IMG/VR virus record: IMGVR_UViG_3300022700_000225 | Span: 1 to 63,760 of that record | From: a virus | Taxonomy: Duplodnaviria > Caudoviricetes | Reading direction: 5' to 3' (one strand) | Length of the DNA: 63,760 bases | The notes under the pieces: model-generated | The model's database searches: none | Seen by the model: only the letters and a program-made list of their open reading frames with translations | Told to the model about the DNA's origin: nothing | Part shown: in pieces, positions 61,821-63,760 of the stretch | How the letters are laid out: each line of letters opens with the position of its first letter | Numbering within the stretch: position 1 is the first letter of the stretch | Program-made: the position numbers and the translations under genes

Positions 61821-62551
61821 TCAAACAGGCAATGGAACATATCGAGGCGATCAGCAAGCCGCAGCTTTACGAAGTCAATGGCCGGACCTACACGGACAGA
61901 CGGCTGGTCAACCTTCCGGACCGGAAGGTCCCCGCCCCTCTTGAGGTCAACACCCTCACGGGCTTTCGCGATTACATCAAATCCAACTTTGACGTGGAAA
62001 TGGAAAGCTGTCTGCTGATCCATGTCGCCGCCCACAATCATGTGGCCCTGATTACAGAACTGTTCGGCACAGACAACAGTCAGCGGGCCGCCATTGTTGA
62101 AGCCTGTACAGGGGCGATCCTGCATCATGGCTTCACCTTTGACCGGTTCATGTCCATTCCCGAGTTCATCATCGGCCTGCAGGCCAATTTTGCGCACACC
62201 GAAGACAGGCAAACCCTCCTGGAGCTGGTCAGCAACATCAAGGCCGAGCAGAGCCAGTCCTACCTGGACACCGGCTATTCCCAGGAGGTTGCCGCAAAGC
62301 GCGCAACCGGCTCATCGCTGTCCACCCGGGTCCAGGTGCCCAACCCGGTCACGCTCAAACCCTACCGGACATTCCTGGAAGTGGAACAGCCAGAATCCAG
62401 CTTTGTTTTCCGGCTCCGGTCAGGCGACGAGGGCAATTCGCCCGCATGTGGACTGTTTGACGCCTCCGGCGGTGCCTGGAAGCTCAACGCGATTATGAAC
62501 GTCCGCGAATGGCTGGAAGGTCAAGAACTCGGAATTCCCATTATAGCGTAG
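61817..62551 (+). CDS. Conserved phage protein (partner of the upstream gene)
   Basis: VPNPVTLKPYRTFLEVEQPESSFVFR...GGAWK motif; ATGA coupling. Confidence 0.8.
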   Translation: MIKQAMEHIEAISKPQLYEVNGRTYTDRRLVNLPDRKVPAPLEVNTLTGFRDYIKSNFDVEMESCLLIHVAAHNHVALITELFGTDNSQRAAIVEACTGAILHHGFTFDRFMSIPEFIIGLQANFAHTEDRQTLLELVSNIKAEQSQSYLDTGYSQEVAAKRATGSSLSTRVQVPNPVTLKPYRTFLEVEQPESSFVFRLRSGDEGNSPACGLFDASGGAWKLNAIMNVREWLEGQELGIPIIA

Positions 62552-62576
62552 CACAGACCCGTAAAAGGAGGCTTCA

Positions 62577-62768
62577 ATGCCTGAAGAACAGGAAAAATAC
62601 GGAGAGCTCAAACAGCCGTCTTTCAAGATTTGCCCGTTATATCAGGAGTGGTGCAGAGAAGGGCGCTGCGCCTGGTGGGTCACACACTGGGCCGGCACCG
62701 AATATGAACACTCCGAGTGCGCGATTGCAAGCCTGTCGCTGCTCAACGATATCTCCTTGAACGGTTAA
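62577..62768 (+). CDS. Small Cys-rich hypothetical protein
   Basis: CPL...C....CAWW...CAI; AAGGAGG RBS. Confidence 0.7.
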   Translation: MPEEQEKYGELKQPSFKICPLYQEWCREGRCAWWVTHWAGTEYEHSECAIASLSLLNDISLNG

Positions 62769-62777
62769 GGGGGGCTC

Positions 62778-62969
62778 ATGGTTATCGAACTGCAAAAAGA
62801 AAAGACCCGCCGGGCCATCGGCTCGGCGGTGATCGAATGCCCGGTATGCGGAAAGCCGCTGTCTTTCCGGGATGAAATCCCGTTTTGCAGGGCAGAAAGC
62901 TGCCCGCTCAACAAATGGTATGACGGCAGCCGCGCGGCACACATCATTGAAACCATCCGGAGGTGCTGA
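62778..62969 (+). CDS. Small zinc-ribbon protein
   Basis: CPVCG...FC...C. Confidence 0.6.
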   Translation: MVIELQKEKTRRAIGSAVIECPVCGKPLSFRDEIPFCRAESCPLNKWYDGSRAAHIIETIRRC

Positions 62970-62972
62970 GAA

Positions 62973-63176
62973 ATGGAACAACAACCCATCACGGCATACG
63001 ACCGCCTGCAAAGAGCCGGCAATATCGCAGACAAAATCCTGCAAAAATACAACAAGCCGGGCAATCCCATGTGGGAGGCCCTTTTGCAAATCAGTACTGA
63101 ACGCATTGAATACAACAACACCATCGGCATGGGGGAGCGGCATGAAAACAATCAGGCTCAACAATCTGCGGCTTAA
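62973..63176 (+). CDS. Hypothetical protein
   Basis: GGAGG RBS; 67 aa. Confidence 0.5.
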   Translation: MEQQPITAYDRLQRAGNIADKILQKYNKPGNPMWEALLQISTERIEYNNTIGMGERHENNQAQQSAA

Positions 63177-63760
63177 AAACTTCAAGGGCGTCAAAAGCCT
63201 TTACCTGGATCTCCAGGGCTGCGACGCGGCCGTCTACGGCAGCAACGCCACCGGAAAGACCACAATTTACGACGCCTTTCTGTGGCTATTGTTCGGCAAG
63301 GACTCCCAGGGAAAGGCGGATTTCGACATCAAAACCCTGGACGAAAACAACAACCCCATATCCGGCCTGGAACACGAAGTCGAGGCCGAGCTGGATATCT
63401 CCGGCGAGGCCCTCACCCTCAAAAAAGTATTCCGGGAAAAGTGGACCAAAAAGAAGGGCGCGGCAACCCCGGAATTTACCGGCAACACCACGGAGCATTT
63501 CATAAACGGCGTGCCGGCAAAGAAAAAGGAATGGGACGCCAGGATAGCCGAAATCACAGATGAGGAAACCTTCAAGCTGCTTACCGGCTCCAGGTATTTC
63601 AACGAGCAGCTCCACTGGCAAAAGCGCAGACAAATCCTGCTTGCTGTTTGCGGGGATGTGCCCGACGCGGACGTGATTGCCAGCAAACAGGAGCTGTCGG
63701 AGCTCAAAGACATTCTCGGCAACCGCTCTTTGGAGGATCACCGCAAGATGATCGCGGCCA
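63142..63760 (+). CDS. SMC/Rad50-like ATPase, N-terminal part (continues at position 100 on the circle)
   Basis: Translated by hand: MKTIRLNNLRLKNFKGVK...GSNATGKTTIYDAFLWLLFGKD (Walker A); open to the contig end; absent from the ORF track. Confidence 0.9.
   Translation, partial: MKTIRLNNLRLKNFKGVKSLYLDLQGCDAAVYGSNATGKTTIYDAFLWLLFGKDSQGKADFDIKTLDENNNPISGLEHEVEAELDISGEALTLKKVFREKWTKKKGAATPEFTGNTTEHFINGVPAKKKEWDARIAEITDEETFKLLTGSRYFNEQLHWQKRRQILLAVCGDVPDADVIASKQELSELKDILGNRSLEDHRKMIAA
63662..63760. repeat. 99-bp terminal direct repeat, right copy
   Basis: Identical to 1-99. Confidence 0.97.

Noticed and set aside
63662-63760. Biological direct terminal repeat
   Set aside because: It is exactly 99 bp and lies mid-gene, which fits an assembler k-mer overlap better than a packaging end.
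1-63760. CRISPR array, diversity-generating retroelement, IS element or rRNA
   Set aside because: By eye I found no repeat-spacer array, reverse transcriptase, TR/VR pair, transposase or rRNA-like sequence; a self dot-plot would be needed to exclude short dispersed repeats.

Overview
This window is an apparently complete, circularly permuted temperate dsDNA phage genome of about 63.66 kb. Bases 1-99 repeat at 63662-63760, and an SMC/Rad50-like gene runs in frame across that junction. The host is probably diderm, because a two-component spanin is present. Layout: (i) a rightward early operon (cro, cII-like, a Gp49/66-domain fusion, SMC ATPase, RecT, MBL hydrolase, ASCH, Dam-type MTase, xis, tyrosine integrase) ending at an intact attP that carries the 3' half of tRNA-Thr(CGT); (ii) a cargo region beside attP with a sigma4/alphaCTD-like protein, a SieB-like gene followed by a canonical integron attC site, and a fused restriction-modification enzyme; (iii) a leftward run of about 44 kb covering replication, terminase, portal, capsid, tail/ejection proteins (including LRR and CAP-domain proteins), a 5247-aa polyvalent DarB-like protein and lysis genes, punctuated by three structured attenuator-like elements; (iv) an AT-rich island next to cI with an XRE-ImmA pair, a SecB-like remnant and a sensorless kinase/receiver pair. 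The most novel-looking signals are two small genes with their own RBS overprinted inside the giant gene, RFAR motifs delimiting its enzyme modules, the orphan attC, and an NrdR-box-like palindrome between an NrdR zinc-ribbon-only gene and terS. All family assignments come from reading motifs by eye; no database searches were run.
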